From IMG/VR virus record IMGVR_UViG_3300037137_001027, positions 1-64,000 of that record: a stretch of 64,000 nucleotides of DNA, one strand, 5' to 3'. Positions 54,570-64,000 of the stretch are shown piece by piece. The notes under the pieces were generated by a model that saw only the letters and a program-made list of their open reading frames with translations, was not told the DNA's origin and ran no database searches. The stretch's first letter is position 1. Each line of letters begins with the position of its first letter. A program made the position numbers and the translations under genes. The DNA comes from a virus.

Positions 54570-54588
54570 CTGTAATCAAGAGGTGTAT

Positions 54589-55455
54589 ATGGCTATTCAT
54601 ATTAGGGAAATCGCTGTCTCTGCTACTCCTACTGAACAATGGACTAAGTTCAAGTATGCCCGCTGTCCATTGTGGATTGATGAAACCCAAGGTCAATGGC
54701 TCGCACGTTTTAATGGCATGGTGCTACCTACGCTCTCAGGCGTTGAGCCTACGCCGCCGACTGTCCTTGCCCTGGAAGATGAATTTCCATCGCTTCGCCC
54801 CTATCTGGCGAATTCCGAAGACAGAAAGAAGTATAATCTCTGCAATGATCCTAAATTTGCCAAAGAACTTCTATCTGTCCTTTCTGGCCTTGTAAGCAAG
54901 AATAAGAATTGCGTCTTCTTGCGACCTGATAGCCGCAAGAAAAATTGCCGCAAGCTGACCGAGATTTTAAGTGGAATGGACCAGCATATCAAGTTTGATA
55001 TGCTCACCTACTTTGGAGCGCTGGATAAGGCTCTCTTTGGTGACAGCACTAAGAATCAGATGAAGACGGTAAAGGAAGTTCTGCTTGACGGATACCGCAA
55101 TAAGGATGCTTATGCAATCTTGGTGACTGGTAGTGGTCGCAGTAAATACGGGGATTCCTTCCCGAACATCATGTCTTATCATTTTGATTTCTATAATTCT
55201 CCCTTTAATTGGGAGAGTTTGCGGCAAGCAACGATTGGCCGCTCTTGCGGATTCTTTAAGGATTCTTTCGTCTACATGCGAAAGAATCTGGTCCGTGAAT
55301 GGAATTATTATTATGCCAATGGTTGTAAGGACGACCGCGTTGATGGACGCGACCCTAGCAATCGTTCCAGGCATTATCTCAATAAACGTCGTCGTGGTCG
55401 GGCTTCGCTAACCGCTCGCATTAACTTCCAAGATTGGAGTAGCTTCAATGCGTGA
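54589..55455 (+). CDS. SF2 helicase-like C-terminal half
   Basis: GAGGTG RBS; AVSATP (motif III), GDSFP (V) and QATIGRSCGF (VI). Confidence 0.6.
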   Translation: MAIHIREIAVSATPTEQWTKFKYARCPLWIDETQGQWLARFNGMVLPTLSGVEPTPPTVLALEDEFPSLRPYLANSEDRKKYNLCNDPKFAKELLSVLSGLVSKNKNCVFLRPDSRKKNCRKLTEILSGMDQHIKFDMLTYFGALDKALFGDSTKNQMKTVKEVLLDGYRNKDAYAILVTGSGRSKYGDSFPNIMSYHFDFYNSPFNWESLRQATIGRSCGFFKDSFVYMRKNLVREWNYYYANGCKDDRVDGRDPSNRSRHYLNKRRRGRASLTARINFQDWSSFNA

Positions 55456-56233
55456 TATTAACTCTTCTGATATTCAGACCGATTTGATTAAGGATATTCA
55501 GAAGAACTTATGGGAGAATCTGAATAATTCTAAATTTAAGCGGCTGCAAGCCCCCGCCCAAGTTGGCGCTGCTGATATGCACTTTTATAAAAAAGTGTTT
55601 CCTAACGACGTTTTGAAAGCGTTGGAGTCTACAGGCACCGTCTTTTCTTTATGGGGAACAGTAATCACGCTTAAAAAGCGTAATCGTCCTAACCAAAAGC
55701 TTTATATTGGGTGCGGTCCTGATGGCTTTGCACCTGTCGGCCTTCGGTGGTGTCGGGACGCCACGGAATGGAAGCAAACAAATAAGCAGACTCGCCAAGT
55801 GGATAAGAGAGGCAATATCCAGATTTGGCGACCGCAGATTATCGTTACCATGCGGCCACAACATCTTTATGATAAGTGGCGCAATGATTCTTATTTTACT
55901 TCCGACAATGACAAAAGTGGCGGAAGTCGTAAATTCATTACAAGCCGTATCATCGCTCAACCCGAATGGAAAGATGTTAAAATTGTGCCGCTCCAGGTAA
56001 CACTCAGGATCACTAGCCATAGTAGCCACAGCTTCCCCACAGAAGCCTTGCAATACTCTAAAGGTATTGAAACCACAGAAGAGAGTCGGCATCATCATGA
56101 TGATGAAGAGTTTCTTAAGGATTCAGATTTCAAATCAAGACTTGGCAACGAAGAAGGACATATTAACGGGATGCTGGACTACCTGCGTAAGATTAACAAG
56201 CAGTATAACGAAGAGGTTGGCGTATCATGGTAG
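55448..56233 (+). CDS. Hypothetical protein
   Basis: Overlaps both neighbours (operon). Confidence 0.65.
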   Translation: MRDINSSDIQTDLIKDIQKNLWENLNNSKFKRLQAPAQVGAADMHFYKKVFPNDVLKALESTGTVFSLWGTVITLKKRNRPNQKLYIGCGPDGFAPVGLRWCRDATEWKQTNKQTRQVDKRGNIQIWRPQIIVTMRPQHLYDKWRNDSYFTSDNDKSGGSRKFITSRIIAQPEWKDVKIVPLQVTLRITSHSSHSFPTEALQYSKGIETTEESRHHHDDEEFLKDSDFKSRLGNEEGHINGMLDYLRKINKQYNEEVGVSW

Positions 56234-57174
56234 ACTGGACATTACGAAACAATAAACGTTTCCAAAGAGAACAACTCTTCGTTGGCGTGCCGCCTGTCAC
56301 TAACTACCTGACCCTTCCAGGGAACCAGGCGCTTGATGTGATTGAAGGGGCAAGCGAAGGAATTCTTACTAAGGGAACGCATATCTGCGCTGCCGAACGA
56401 GATAAGGAAGCCTATAAGGAAGCCAAAATTTGGTTCCGTGACAATTGGCCTGGGACAGTAAGTTTTTTCTGTGATGATTTACACCAGCTTAAACTAGACC
56501 GTCCTTATGATCTAGTCTTTCTGGATTATTTGGGCAATATCAGTCGAAGCGGAATTACATGGATGGAATCGGAATTACAGAATAATTTGGCTCCACTGGC
56601 ACGGGTTGCTCTTACCACTCTCAAAAGTTTTCGTGGCAATAAATTCTTTGCTCATTTGTATGGTAAACTCCATCAGGAATTGCCAGCACTAATGAAAAAA
56701 GATGCTATTACCTGGAGAGATAGAGGAAGTTATCCGATAAGTATGCTAGGGTATTTGTCGGTCTATAGCGTCTTGCTAAAGACGTTTATTTTCACCAGGA
56801 ATGTTTACCATATTTCTGCTTATTTTTATGGTGAAAACACTGCATCGGTTATGATCTTTTTCACCATTGATTTTAAGGAAGGGGTCCGCTGCCTAACACC
56901 AGAAGAAATACACGCTCAGCAAATAATTAGTGGCGTTTTAGGTTGTTCTGTTTCTAAACCATTTTCAGGAGAGGTTCCAATGGCAACAGCTAGTGAGTAT
57001 GTGGATAAGTTCTTGGCCGCTCCCAAGACTTATGACAGTATGCGGGGCTTGAAAGCAAGCCTCACTAAGTTCTGTGAGAAGAAAGAGCGCGAGACTGGTA
57101 CACCCGCTCGACGTTTTCGCGCCGCTATCAAGGCGGTCATTACCCGTAAGGGTGGCGACTCAAGCAGCTTGTAA
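56227..57174 (+). CDS. Class I SAM-dependent methyltransferase-like protein
   Basis: YLTLPG, CAAERD and YDLVFLDYLG. Confidence 0.55.
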   Translation: MVDWTLRNNKRFQREQLFVGVPPVTNYLTLPGNQALDVIEGASEGILTKGTHICAAERDKEAYKEAKIWFRDNWPGTVSFFCDDLHQLKLDRPYDLVFLDYLGNISRSGITWMESELQNNLAPLARVALTTLKSFRGNKFFAHLYGKLHQELPALMKKDAITWRDRGSYPISMLGYLSVYSVLLKTFIFTRNVYHISAYFYGENTASVMIFFTIDFKEGVRCLTPEEIHAQQIISGVLGCSVSKPFSGEVPMATASEYVDKFLAAPKTYDSMRGLKASLTKFCEKKERETGTPARRFRAAIKAVITRKGGDSSSL

Positions 57175-57231
57175 TTGGGGTTGTACTAAACGTGATGGGC
57201 AATCACGTTAAAAGGCCCATAGGAGTTTGAA

Positions 57232-57463
57232 ATGAAAAAAGACCCAATGGTTGTCCTAGAGGAACTTGTCATAAAACATGGCGTTCCTGCTGTAATTAGT
57301 GCGCTGCAAAGCGCTATAACTATGGAATAACAATTACGAAGTATTACCTATTGTAGCAGATGCTTTAGAGGAAGCTGGCTGTACAAATCAAAGTATGTTA
57401 GATCACTTTAGAAATAACAAGGAATGGACAAGGGCTGATTGGTATGTGAGGAAACTTAATTAA
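57232..57463 (+). pseudogene. Frameshifted remnant with an LPIxADALEEAGC domain
   Basis: ORF 57232-57330 stops; the +1 frame continues EVLPIVADALEEAGCTNQSMLDHFR...W. Confidence 0.5.
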
Positions 57464-57559
57464 CGAAGAACTGCCCGAAGCACTCACTGAATATGAAACC
57501 GAGATTACTGAGTAATTGAGGTTGTACTAATCAGGGCAGAACAAGTCACCTAACTCTTA

Positions 57560-58960
57560 ATGGAGAATAGAACAATGTCTTACCTGATGATTAGGAATCC
57601 TGGCGTTGCTGATCCCTCCGCTTTTACCCTGTTGGGCGTTTCGACTACCCGCTACTCTGGCACCGCTGGCACCATCGGCCAGTATGGTAGCGGTAGCAAG
57701 AATGCCCTGGCCAAGTTGCTGCGGGATAATCATAATCCCGTTATCGTTCCTGGCAATTTGAAGATGGAATTCTTCTCCCGTCCCCGTATCATCGGTGGAC
57801 AGGAATTCAATCAGGTTTGCGTTAAGTATTCGGGCAAGGATTTTGACGGCACTAGCCGCACCTCTACCGAAGACCTTGGCTTCACCCTGGAATGGGGCGT
57901 CCAAGATTGGACCAACATTGCAATGGCGTTTCGTGAATTTGTCGCTAATGCAATCGACGGTGCTACCGTGTCTGGTGGTACTTATAAGGATGTGGAATTC
58001 GAGGTGGTCGATAAGCCCCGCGCCAAGGCTGGCTATACCGCCGTCTTCCTGCCCCTTACTCCTGAAATTCAGGAATGCTGGAAGCAGTTGGGTACTCTTT
58101 TCCTTCATTTCTCTCAGCCGCATTTGCTCGGCTCTAAGATTCTCCCGAAACTCAGCACTGGTAAAAATGTCCTAATCTATAAGAAGGGCGTCCTCGTCTC
58201 CCGCGTCGAAGAGGAAAGCGTCTTTGATTACAACTTGGGCGATGAATTGAGCCTGGATGAATCCCGTAATGCGCAAGTTTGGGACGTGCGTTATGCTTGC
58301 TCCAAGGCAATCGGCACCGCTGAAGCTGGCGATTTGGCGAAGATTCTCAAGGCGCAAATTGAAAATCGCAAGGTTTTTGAGAGCAAGTTTGAAACCAGTT
58401 ACGTCCATAATGAATATGATAACAAGGACGTAAAGGATAAGCGAAAGGAAAAGTTCCAAGCTGCCTTCAAGACCGTCGCTGGCAATAATGCCGTCCTTGT
58501 TTCTGGCAAGAAAGCTGTGTCTGATTTCGTCCAGAAAAAGGGTTTTGAGCCTGTTAAGATCGAAGGTAATTGGTTCCAAACTCTTCAGCAGCTAGGCATT
58601 ACGACCGAAGATAATGTCTTGGATGGACTGGAAAAGGAAGGATTCGCTGAGTCCGAAGCGTCTCCCGATATGCTCAAAGCGCTCGATATGGTCTGGAATT
58701 TGCTCGAAACCTATGGTAAACTGAATGGGCGTGAAAAGCCGCCTGTCAAGGGTTTCAATCCCATTATGAGCGCCGAAGCACAGACGGGCGGTATGTACTA
58801 CAAGGGAACCGTATACATTCATACGGACCACGCCACGATGGGTTATATGCTGCTCAAGGTCATGCTGGAGGAAGTTAGCCACCATACGACTGGAGCTACG
58901 GATATGTCCCGCGACCTGCAAGACTACCTGTTCCGCCTGATTGTAGAAACCGCCTTCTAA
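57560..58960 (+). CDS. GHKL ATPase-like protein with degenerate C-terminal zincin-like motif
   Basis: TIGQYGSGSK, AFREFVANAID and EEVSHH. Confidence 0.65.
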   Translation: MENRTMSYLMIRNPGVADPSAFTLLGVSTTRYSGTAGTIGQYGSGSKNALAKLLRDNHNPVIVPGNLKMEFFSRPRIIGGQEFNQVCVKYSGKDFDGTSRTSTEDLGFTLEWGVQDWTNIAMAFREFVANAIDGATVSGGTYKDVEFEVVDKPRAKAGYTAVFLPLTPEIQECWKQLGTLFLHFSQPHLLGSKILPKLSTGKNVLIYKKGVLVSRVEEESVFDYNLGDELSLDESRNAQVWDVRYACSKAIGTAEAGDLAKILKAQIENRKVFESKFETSYVHNEYDNKDVKDKRKEKFQAAFKTVAGNNAVLVSGKKAVSDFVQKKGFEPVKIEGNWFQTLQQLGITTEDNVLDGLEKEGFAESEASPDMLKALDMVWNLLETYGKLNGREKPPVKGFNPIMSAEAQTGGMYYKGTVYIHTDHATMGYMLLKVMLEEVSHHTTGATDMSRDLQDYLFRLIVETAF

Positions 58961-58966
58961 TTGATA

Positions 58967-59027
58967 TGGCTTAGAGTTAGGTAGTCGCCCGCCGTTAGGA
59001 GGGGAGAAGACGCCTAACTCTAAGCCA
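58967..59027 (+). other. 15-bp perfect inverted repeat immediately upstream of a class A motif
   Basis: TGGCTTAGAGTTAGG ... CCTAACTCTAAGCCA. Confidence 0.65.
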
Positions 59028-59987
59028 CCATAATTGGGGTTGTACTAATTGCGGTATGGAGGTAACAATGGAAATTTCTCGACTCCGCGATTCTCTGGTA
59101 GGCAAGCGTTACCGCATCTGCGGTGAACCCGAAAACAAAACCTGGACCGTCCGCGAAGGCAAAGAACCTTGGTGCGAAATCACCGTCAGCGAAGAAGTTT
59201 ATAGTGACAATAAGCCCACTGGCCGATTGCTCGTTACTTCTTTCGGCGGCGAACTCTGGCCTTCCGCATGGCCGTCAATGTTCGCCTGCCACCCCAATGC
59301 CATGACCTCTAATGGCACCATCGTTACTGAAAATGGACGCAAACTCTTGGAGAATGCAAATGAACCGTCGCAAGCTGGAACAACTTAGAATGCTGATGGA
59401 TTGGCAACTTCGTCAGTTGGGCTATGATCCAATTGAAATTACGCGACTCTGCATGAAAGCCGATGAACGGGATGAAAAGGCCACACTAGATGATTTGAGG
59501 AGAAACTAAAATGATCCGTGAAGCAACCTATACCAGCGTGTTCGATGACTCCATTACCTGCACTTCCAAGTGCAAGTATGATACCGATACCAAAACGGTA
59601 ACAGACATTGAAGACGCCGATAACACCGAAGAAGCGGATGACGCTAATGGCCTGACCGATGAATATGTCACCATTGACGGACACCAGCTTCGGGAAGATG
59701 ATGGAATAACTTTCGAGTATTAAGAGGATCAACGTGGTTGTCAAAGCAAAAGACCTGAAAGTAGGAATGAAAGTAGTTGTCGTTGAATTTGGAGAGAGAA
59801 AAGTCTACTCCCTGACCCATGTTCAAGAATTTCCTTCTCTTGCCAAAACCTTTGGTCCAGGCTTTATCGCTGTCGGCACCGCAGAATGGGACCAAGGCAT
59901 TCTAGGCTTAGGTTGCACTTTTGACCTGGATGAAGATATTGAAATTGAATAGTAATTGAACTATAATAATGGGAAGGAGTCTTCAAA

Positions 59988-60305
59988 ATGTTCACTTTAC
60001 TACTCGTAGCGTTCCTTGCACCCGAACCCCTTCCCATGCCCACCCCTGTAGCGGCACCAGCATATTTTGAAATCACCGTTGAGGCCCGCACCCCTTACTC
60101 TCTATTTATAGACGGTAAGCCTATTGAGGCTAATGCCTGTTATAAGACTGAACCCATCACCGAAGTACATTGCGTAGAAATCGAAATTCGATATGTCTGC
60201 GGCGAAGAAGTGATTAAGAAGAAATTCTTTGTGGACCTTGAACCTGGATATAAACATCGCTTTTTAATTTCACTCTCTGCCCGACCTTCTTATGTCTGGT
60301 GTTAA
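59988..60305 (+). CDS. Secreted beta-rich protein (PEGA/TIGR03000-like)
   Basis: Hydrophobic N-terminus, Pro-rich linker, SLFIDGKP...YKTEP...LEPG. Confidence 0.4.
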   Translation: MFTLLLVAFLAPEPLPMPTPVAAPAYFEITVEARTPYSLFIDGKPIEANACYKTEPITEVHCVEIEIRYVCGEEVIKKKFFVDLEPGYKHRFLISLSARPSYVWC

Positions 60306-60826
60306 TTGAGGTTGTACTAAACGAAGCATGATGCACCATAAGAAGTTCCAAACCAAAAAGGACCAACAAAAAGACCATGCAAAACGGCGGTTTGCCGAAC
60401 GCCTGCGAATTAAGTTCTCCCAATACCTAAACGATCTGCTTCTAAACAAGATTTATACTCAACAGTGTAAACTGGTAGAGAGGCAGTCGCATCGCGTTAG
60501 CGTATTTGAAGTAACTTTTACGCCAAGACCCGTCGATATGCTAGATGGCGCTCCATCCGAAATCACTGTCCATCTTGTGTTTGATAAATTCAGGAAGACA
60601 ATCGTTACCGTTGCCCCACCTGGCGAACCTTTTGATTGTGAGGAAACCTAAATGCAAGATCGCGTTGATACTTTGGAGAAAATCTCTGGCCTTGAAGTTC
60701 GCTGCCGCAAGGAAAAAGCTCAAAATGTATTTGAGTTTTATTCTAATAACAAGTGTGTGAAAGCCTGCTTTACTTACGATAAAGCTAAACTGTTCGCAGA
60801 AGGCATTTGCTTTGGAAAGGAAATCA

Positions 60827-61813
60827 ATGTCCATTCATAAAATCCCCGTCGTCCCCGTTGTCCTTGAAAAACACCCGAACGCTGATTCCCTGTCTCTTGT
60901 CAAGGTGAATAACTTCACCTACGTTGCCCGTACCGAAGATTGGGTTAATAATCCACTCGGCGTCTGGATTGAACCTGATTACATCGTCCCCGCTGACCGA
61001 CCTGAATTCGCTTGGCTTGAGAAATCCCATAAAGTTATTGAAAACAATGGGGTTAAAGGCTACCGAATTAAAGTCAAACGGCTCCGTGGCATTATGTCTA
61101 TGGGCCTCATGGTTCCCGCTCCAGAAGGCGCTAAATTGGGCGATGATTTGATGGAGCATTTTGGTATCGTTCGCTATGACCCGCCTGTGATGTCCACTGG
61201 CGGCGAAGCTACCAAACCGCCCCCTGGCATCCGCTATGTCTATGACGTGGAAAATGCCTATAACTTTGCCCACCTCTTCACCGATAATGAAGAAGTTGTC
61301 GCCACCGAGAAAATCCACGGTGCAAATGCACGCTTCTGCTACACCACCGAAATGCACGCTGGCTCCCGTACCGAATGGAAACGTAATGATCCTAATATCA
61401 TTTGGTGGAAAGCAGTCTCTAATCACCCCGAAGTTGAGGAATTCTGCAAGAATAATCCCAATATCACTGTCTATGGCGAAGTCTACGGCAATGTCGGCGG
61501 CTTCCAATATGGACTGAAAAATAAAATCAGTATCCTCGTCTTCGACCTGCTCCGCGATGGCAACTGGATCGACCATGATGAATCGCGGGAAATTGGTAAA
61601 AATCTTCCTTGGGTTCCCGTATTGTATCGTGGACCGTGGAACAAGGAAGTGCTGTTTGCTCTGGCTGAGGGAAAGTCCGAAGTGGCTAAGAAGAATGATG
61701 CTGACCAGATTCGGGAAGGCATCGTTATTAAGCCTATCAAGGAACGTGGCAACCTTGAGATTGGCCGCACCCAATTGAAAATTGTCTCTAATGCGTATCT
61801 GGAACGGGGATAA
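60827..61813 (+). CDS. ATP-dependent RNA ligase (DRB0094/Rnl2-like)
   Basis: KHPNADSL, TEKIHGAN, YGEVYG, VFDL, REGIVIKP and LKIVS motifs. Confidence 0.9.
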   Translation: MSIHKIPVVPVVLEKHPNADSLSLVKVNNFTYVARTEDWVNNPLGVWIEPDYIVPADRPEFAWLEKSHKVIENNGVKGYRIKVKRLRGIMSMGLMVPAPEGAKLGDDLMEHFGIVRYDPPVMSTGGEATKPPPGIRYVYDVENAYNFAHLFTDNEEVVATEKIHGANARFCYTTEMHAGSRTEWKRNDPNIIWWKAVSNHPEVEEFCKNNPNITVYGEVYGNVGGFQYGLKNKISILVFDLLRDGNWIDHDESREIGKNLPWVPVLYRGPWNKEVLFALAEGKSEVAKKNDADQIREGIVIKPIKERGNLEIGRTQLKIVSNAYLERG

Positions 61814-62280
61814 GGCAATTGCGGTTGTACTAATGATGGCAGGAGGGGAAAAATGGATTTTGAAAAACGTAAGCTGACTGATGCGGAATTGTCTGATACC
61901 TGGGAAGCTATCGAAATAATTTGTGGTCAAGTCTATAGGGAAGGACACCGCAACCTGGGCCAGTTTTCTCAAACACTAGACAGGCTCCGTGAACTTGAAA
62001 AGAAAATCAAGTGGCATGAAGTGGCCTGTACCATCGAAAAGGGAGAACAAAAGTGAACGCCACTCTTACCGCTTGCGACAAGGATTCGAGCGCTGGCTAT
62101 GTCGATACCCTTCGGTTTGAGAATAAGGAACAATTCCTTGAACGATATAATGAATTCAAGGAAAATGTCCCGTTTTCTCGCTGGTATGTCGAAGTCGAAA
62201 GCGAAAACGACGAAGTTGAATCTTGGCTGGAAGACTAATAATTATCCTTCTTATCTGCATAAATACAATAAGGAGGATAT

Positions 62281-62469
62281 ATGAAACTTAAAATCGCACC
62301 TGATTCACAGGCCCACGTTTTTGAACTCGCAGTCCTAGCCGCCCTTGGCGCTGGATTGACAGTAATTGCTACTAACCTAGCAGGCTTGAACTTGGGCGCA
62401 TGGTCAGCAATTGTCTCGGCGGGCCTTACAATCGCAATGTCCCTAATCAAAAATATCGAAAATAGCTAA
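62281..62469 (+). CDS. Small two-TM protein (holin-like)
   Basis: Two hydrophobic helices; TAAATA at 62260 and AGGAGG RBS. Confidence 0.45.
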   Translation: MKLKIAPDSQAHVFELAVLAALGAGLTVIATNLAGLNLGAWSAIVSAGLTIAMSLIKNIENS

Positions 62470-62535
62470 TGTAAGCTATAATCACCCCATGAACAAGAGT
62501 ACACCACTCTTGTTCTGTCGTTTAAGGACGCAATA

Positions 62536-62838
62536 ATGCTTTCTAAACCCATTAGAGACGTGGCCGAAACCATTGGCCAATTCTATCTCCAAAAGAATAA
62601 CGGCGACTATGCCGCTACTGCCCAAGAAATCGCCAATCTCCGCATCGTTAAATTAGACCCAACAGGGGATTCAGTATCAATTACCACTGGTCGCCCTGGT
62701 ATCCTAATTGGCCGACGTGGAATAACCATAATTGCTCTATCCAAATTCATCCATGAAAAAATGCAGTTGAAAATCAAAATCATCGAAGATACCGATAATC
62801 TGCAAGATTGCCTGACACCACGAAGAGATGACTATTGA
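62536..62838 (+). CDS. Type II KH-domain protein resembling the ribosomal protein S3 N-domain
   Basis: VSITTGRPGILIGRRGITI. Confidence 0.7.
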   Translation: MLSKPIRDVAETIGQFYLQKNNGDYAATAQEIANLRIVKLDPTGDSVSITTGRPGILIGRRGITIIALSKFIHEKMQLKIKIIEDTDNLQDCLTPRRDDY

Positions 62839-62873
62839 GGTTGTACTAATCAGAGCATAGAAAGGAGGACACC

Positions 62874-63563
62874 ATGAACATTAAGTTGTACCGTGTTGGC
62901 GGATTTGTTCGGGATGAACTCCTGGGCGTCCGCTCCAAAGACCTAGACTTCGCCGTTGAAGCTCCGTCCTACGAAGCTATGGTCGAATGGGTCCGAAGTC
63001 AAGGTGAGATTTATCTTGAATCTCCCCAATTCTGGACCGTTCGCGCCCACATCAAGGGCAAATTGCCAGCAGACTTCGTTCTCTGCCGTAAGGACGGCCA
63101 GTATTCTGACGGACGTAGACCCGATAGCGTTAGTGTCGGTACTCTATTCGATGATCTTTCGCGTCGAGACTTCACCATGAACGCTATCGCCGTGGACGAA
63201 ATCACTGGCGAATTTATCGACCCGTTCAACGGTAGAATTGATCTTGAAAACCGACTCATTCGTTGCGTCGGTAAGGCTTATGATCGTTTCTTCGAGGACT
63301 CTCTGCGTCTTCTTAGAGCTATCCGCTTCAAGATTGTTAAGGGTTTCAATTTGCACGAAGATGTTGTGGATTGTCTTCATAATGAAACGCTTGCGGAACG
63401 GCTTGCTAACGTGAGCGATGAACGCAAGCGGGAAGAATTGCACAAGTGTCTGGCAAATGATACTCCCGCCACGCTTGCTCTACTGGCCGAATTCGACCTT
63501 ATCACTAAGGCTGTTTTCGGCTCTAGGAAGCTGTGGCTCATGCCAACCATGCGTGATGCGTAA
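62874..63563 (+). CDS. cca: tRNA nucleotidyltransferase (CCA-adding / poly(A) polymerase family)
   Basis: VGGFVRDELLG, DLDF, DLSRRDFTMNAIA and EDSLRLLRAIRF. Confidence 0.9.
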   Translation: MNIKLYRVGGFVRDELLGVRSKDLDFAVEAPSYEAMVEWVRSQGEIYLESPQFWTVRAHIKGKLPADFVLCRKDGQYSDGRRPDSVSVGTLFDDLSRRDFTMNAIAVDEITGEFIDPFNGRIDLENRLIRCVGKAYDRFFEDSLRLLRAIRFKIVKGFNLHEDVVDCLHNETLAERLANVSDERKREELHKCLANDTPATLALLAEFDLITKAVFGSRKLWLMPTMRDA

Positions 63564-63608
63564 AAACAGGGCAGGGGACCGCAAACCCTGCCCCATTTAG
63601 GAGAACAA

Positions 63609-64000
63609 ATGAAAACCAATTTGATTGGCGTTGCTGTTAAGACCCATTTGACCAGCACAACCGATGAAACCGTTGCCACCATTCGCGGTATCTATCGCAA
63701 GAATGGTTATACAATGACCATCCTTGTCGATGGTAAGGGCAAACTTTACGACCATATCCCTGTCGAAAAACTTACCCTTATTATGGATGAACGCCAATGG
63801 AGCGTCGTCCTTTATTGGGGTATTAACGACAAGATTAAGGCTATTAAAGCCATTCGTTGTATTACTTCAATGGACCTGAAGGCCGCAAAGGAACACGTTG
63901 AAGCACATCCTAATTGCGTGCCAATCAAGGATAAATTGACCCACGAAGAAGCCCAAGAAATCAGGCGTCGTATTAGCCAAGATGAAAGAATGGAATGCGA
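63609..64000 (+). CDS. Protein with ribosomal L7/L12 C-terminal-like domain (runs off the window)
   Basis: AGGAG RBS; DKIKAIKAIRCITSMDLKAAKEHVE...LTHEEAQEI. Confidence 0.7.
   Translation, partial: MKTNLIGVAVKTHLTSTTDETVATIRGIYRKNGYTMTILVDGKGKLYDHIPVEKLTLIMDERQWSVVLYWGINDKIKAIKAIRCITSMDLKAAKEHVEAHPNCVPIKDKLTHEEAQEIRRRISQDERMEC

Noticed and set aside
54433-54588. N-terminal extension of ORF 54433-55455
   Set aside because: TTG start without an RBS; better explained by the mini-ORF 54393-54569 and a GAGGTG-led ATG at 54589
57189-57225. H-type pseudoknot or riboswitch (ACGTGA/TCACGT plus TGGGC/GCCCA) before an RBS
   Set aside because: Short stems, the predicted TSS falls inside stem 1, and it matches no aptamer I recognise

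Overview
This is a 64-kb slice of a large lytic dsDNA phage genome, T4-like or jumbo-type. Sequence clues point weakly to a Planctomycetota host. Bases ~325-9918 hold a minus-strand, AT-rich cluster of glycine-rich and lectin-like virion or fibre genes. Bases ~9990-64000 are a plus-strand accessory region with >100 mostly small ORFs. Recognisable products there include rIIB, rIIA, RmlC, PyrD, a SpoT-type HD hydrolase, PNKP, a sulfotransferase, NadE, PcfJ, a J-domain protein, a DNA methyltransferase, a split SF2 helicase, an RNA ligase, a CCA-adding enzyme and ribosome-related domains (RMF-like, S3-KH, L7/L12 CTD). Headline 1: two unannotated genes (21102-21371 and 43216-43527) each have one in-frame TGA followed by a hairpin whose GGU loop starts exactly +21 nt after the codon. 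This is bacterial SECIS architecture, so they are candidate phage selenoproteins. Headline 2: a 17-bp motif, NATTG(A/C/G)GGTTGTACTAA, occurs 28 times, always on the + strand and at gene boundaries. It often supplies the upstream stop codon and often lies exactly 7 nt before an SD-less ATG, consistent with a phage promoter for leaderless mRNAs that also delimits gene cassettes. Also seen: two other promoter classes, T4 internal-protein-like late genes scattered through the early region, a mini-ORF made of scrambled helicase motifs, and several structured RNA candidates. All functional calls come from motif recognition by eye; no searches were run.
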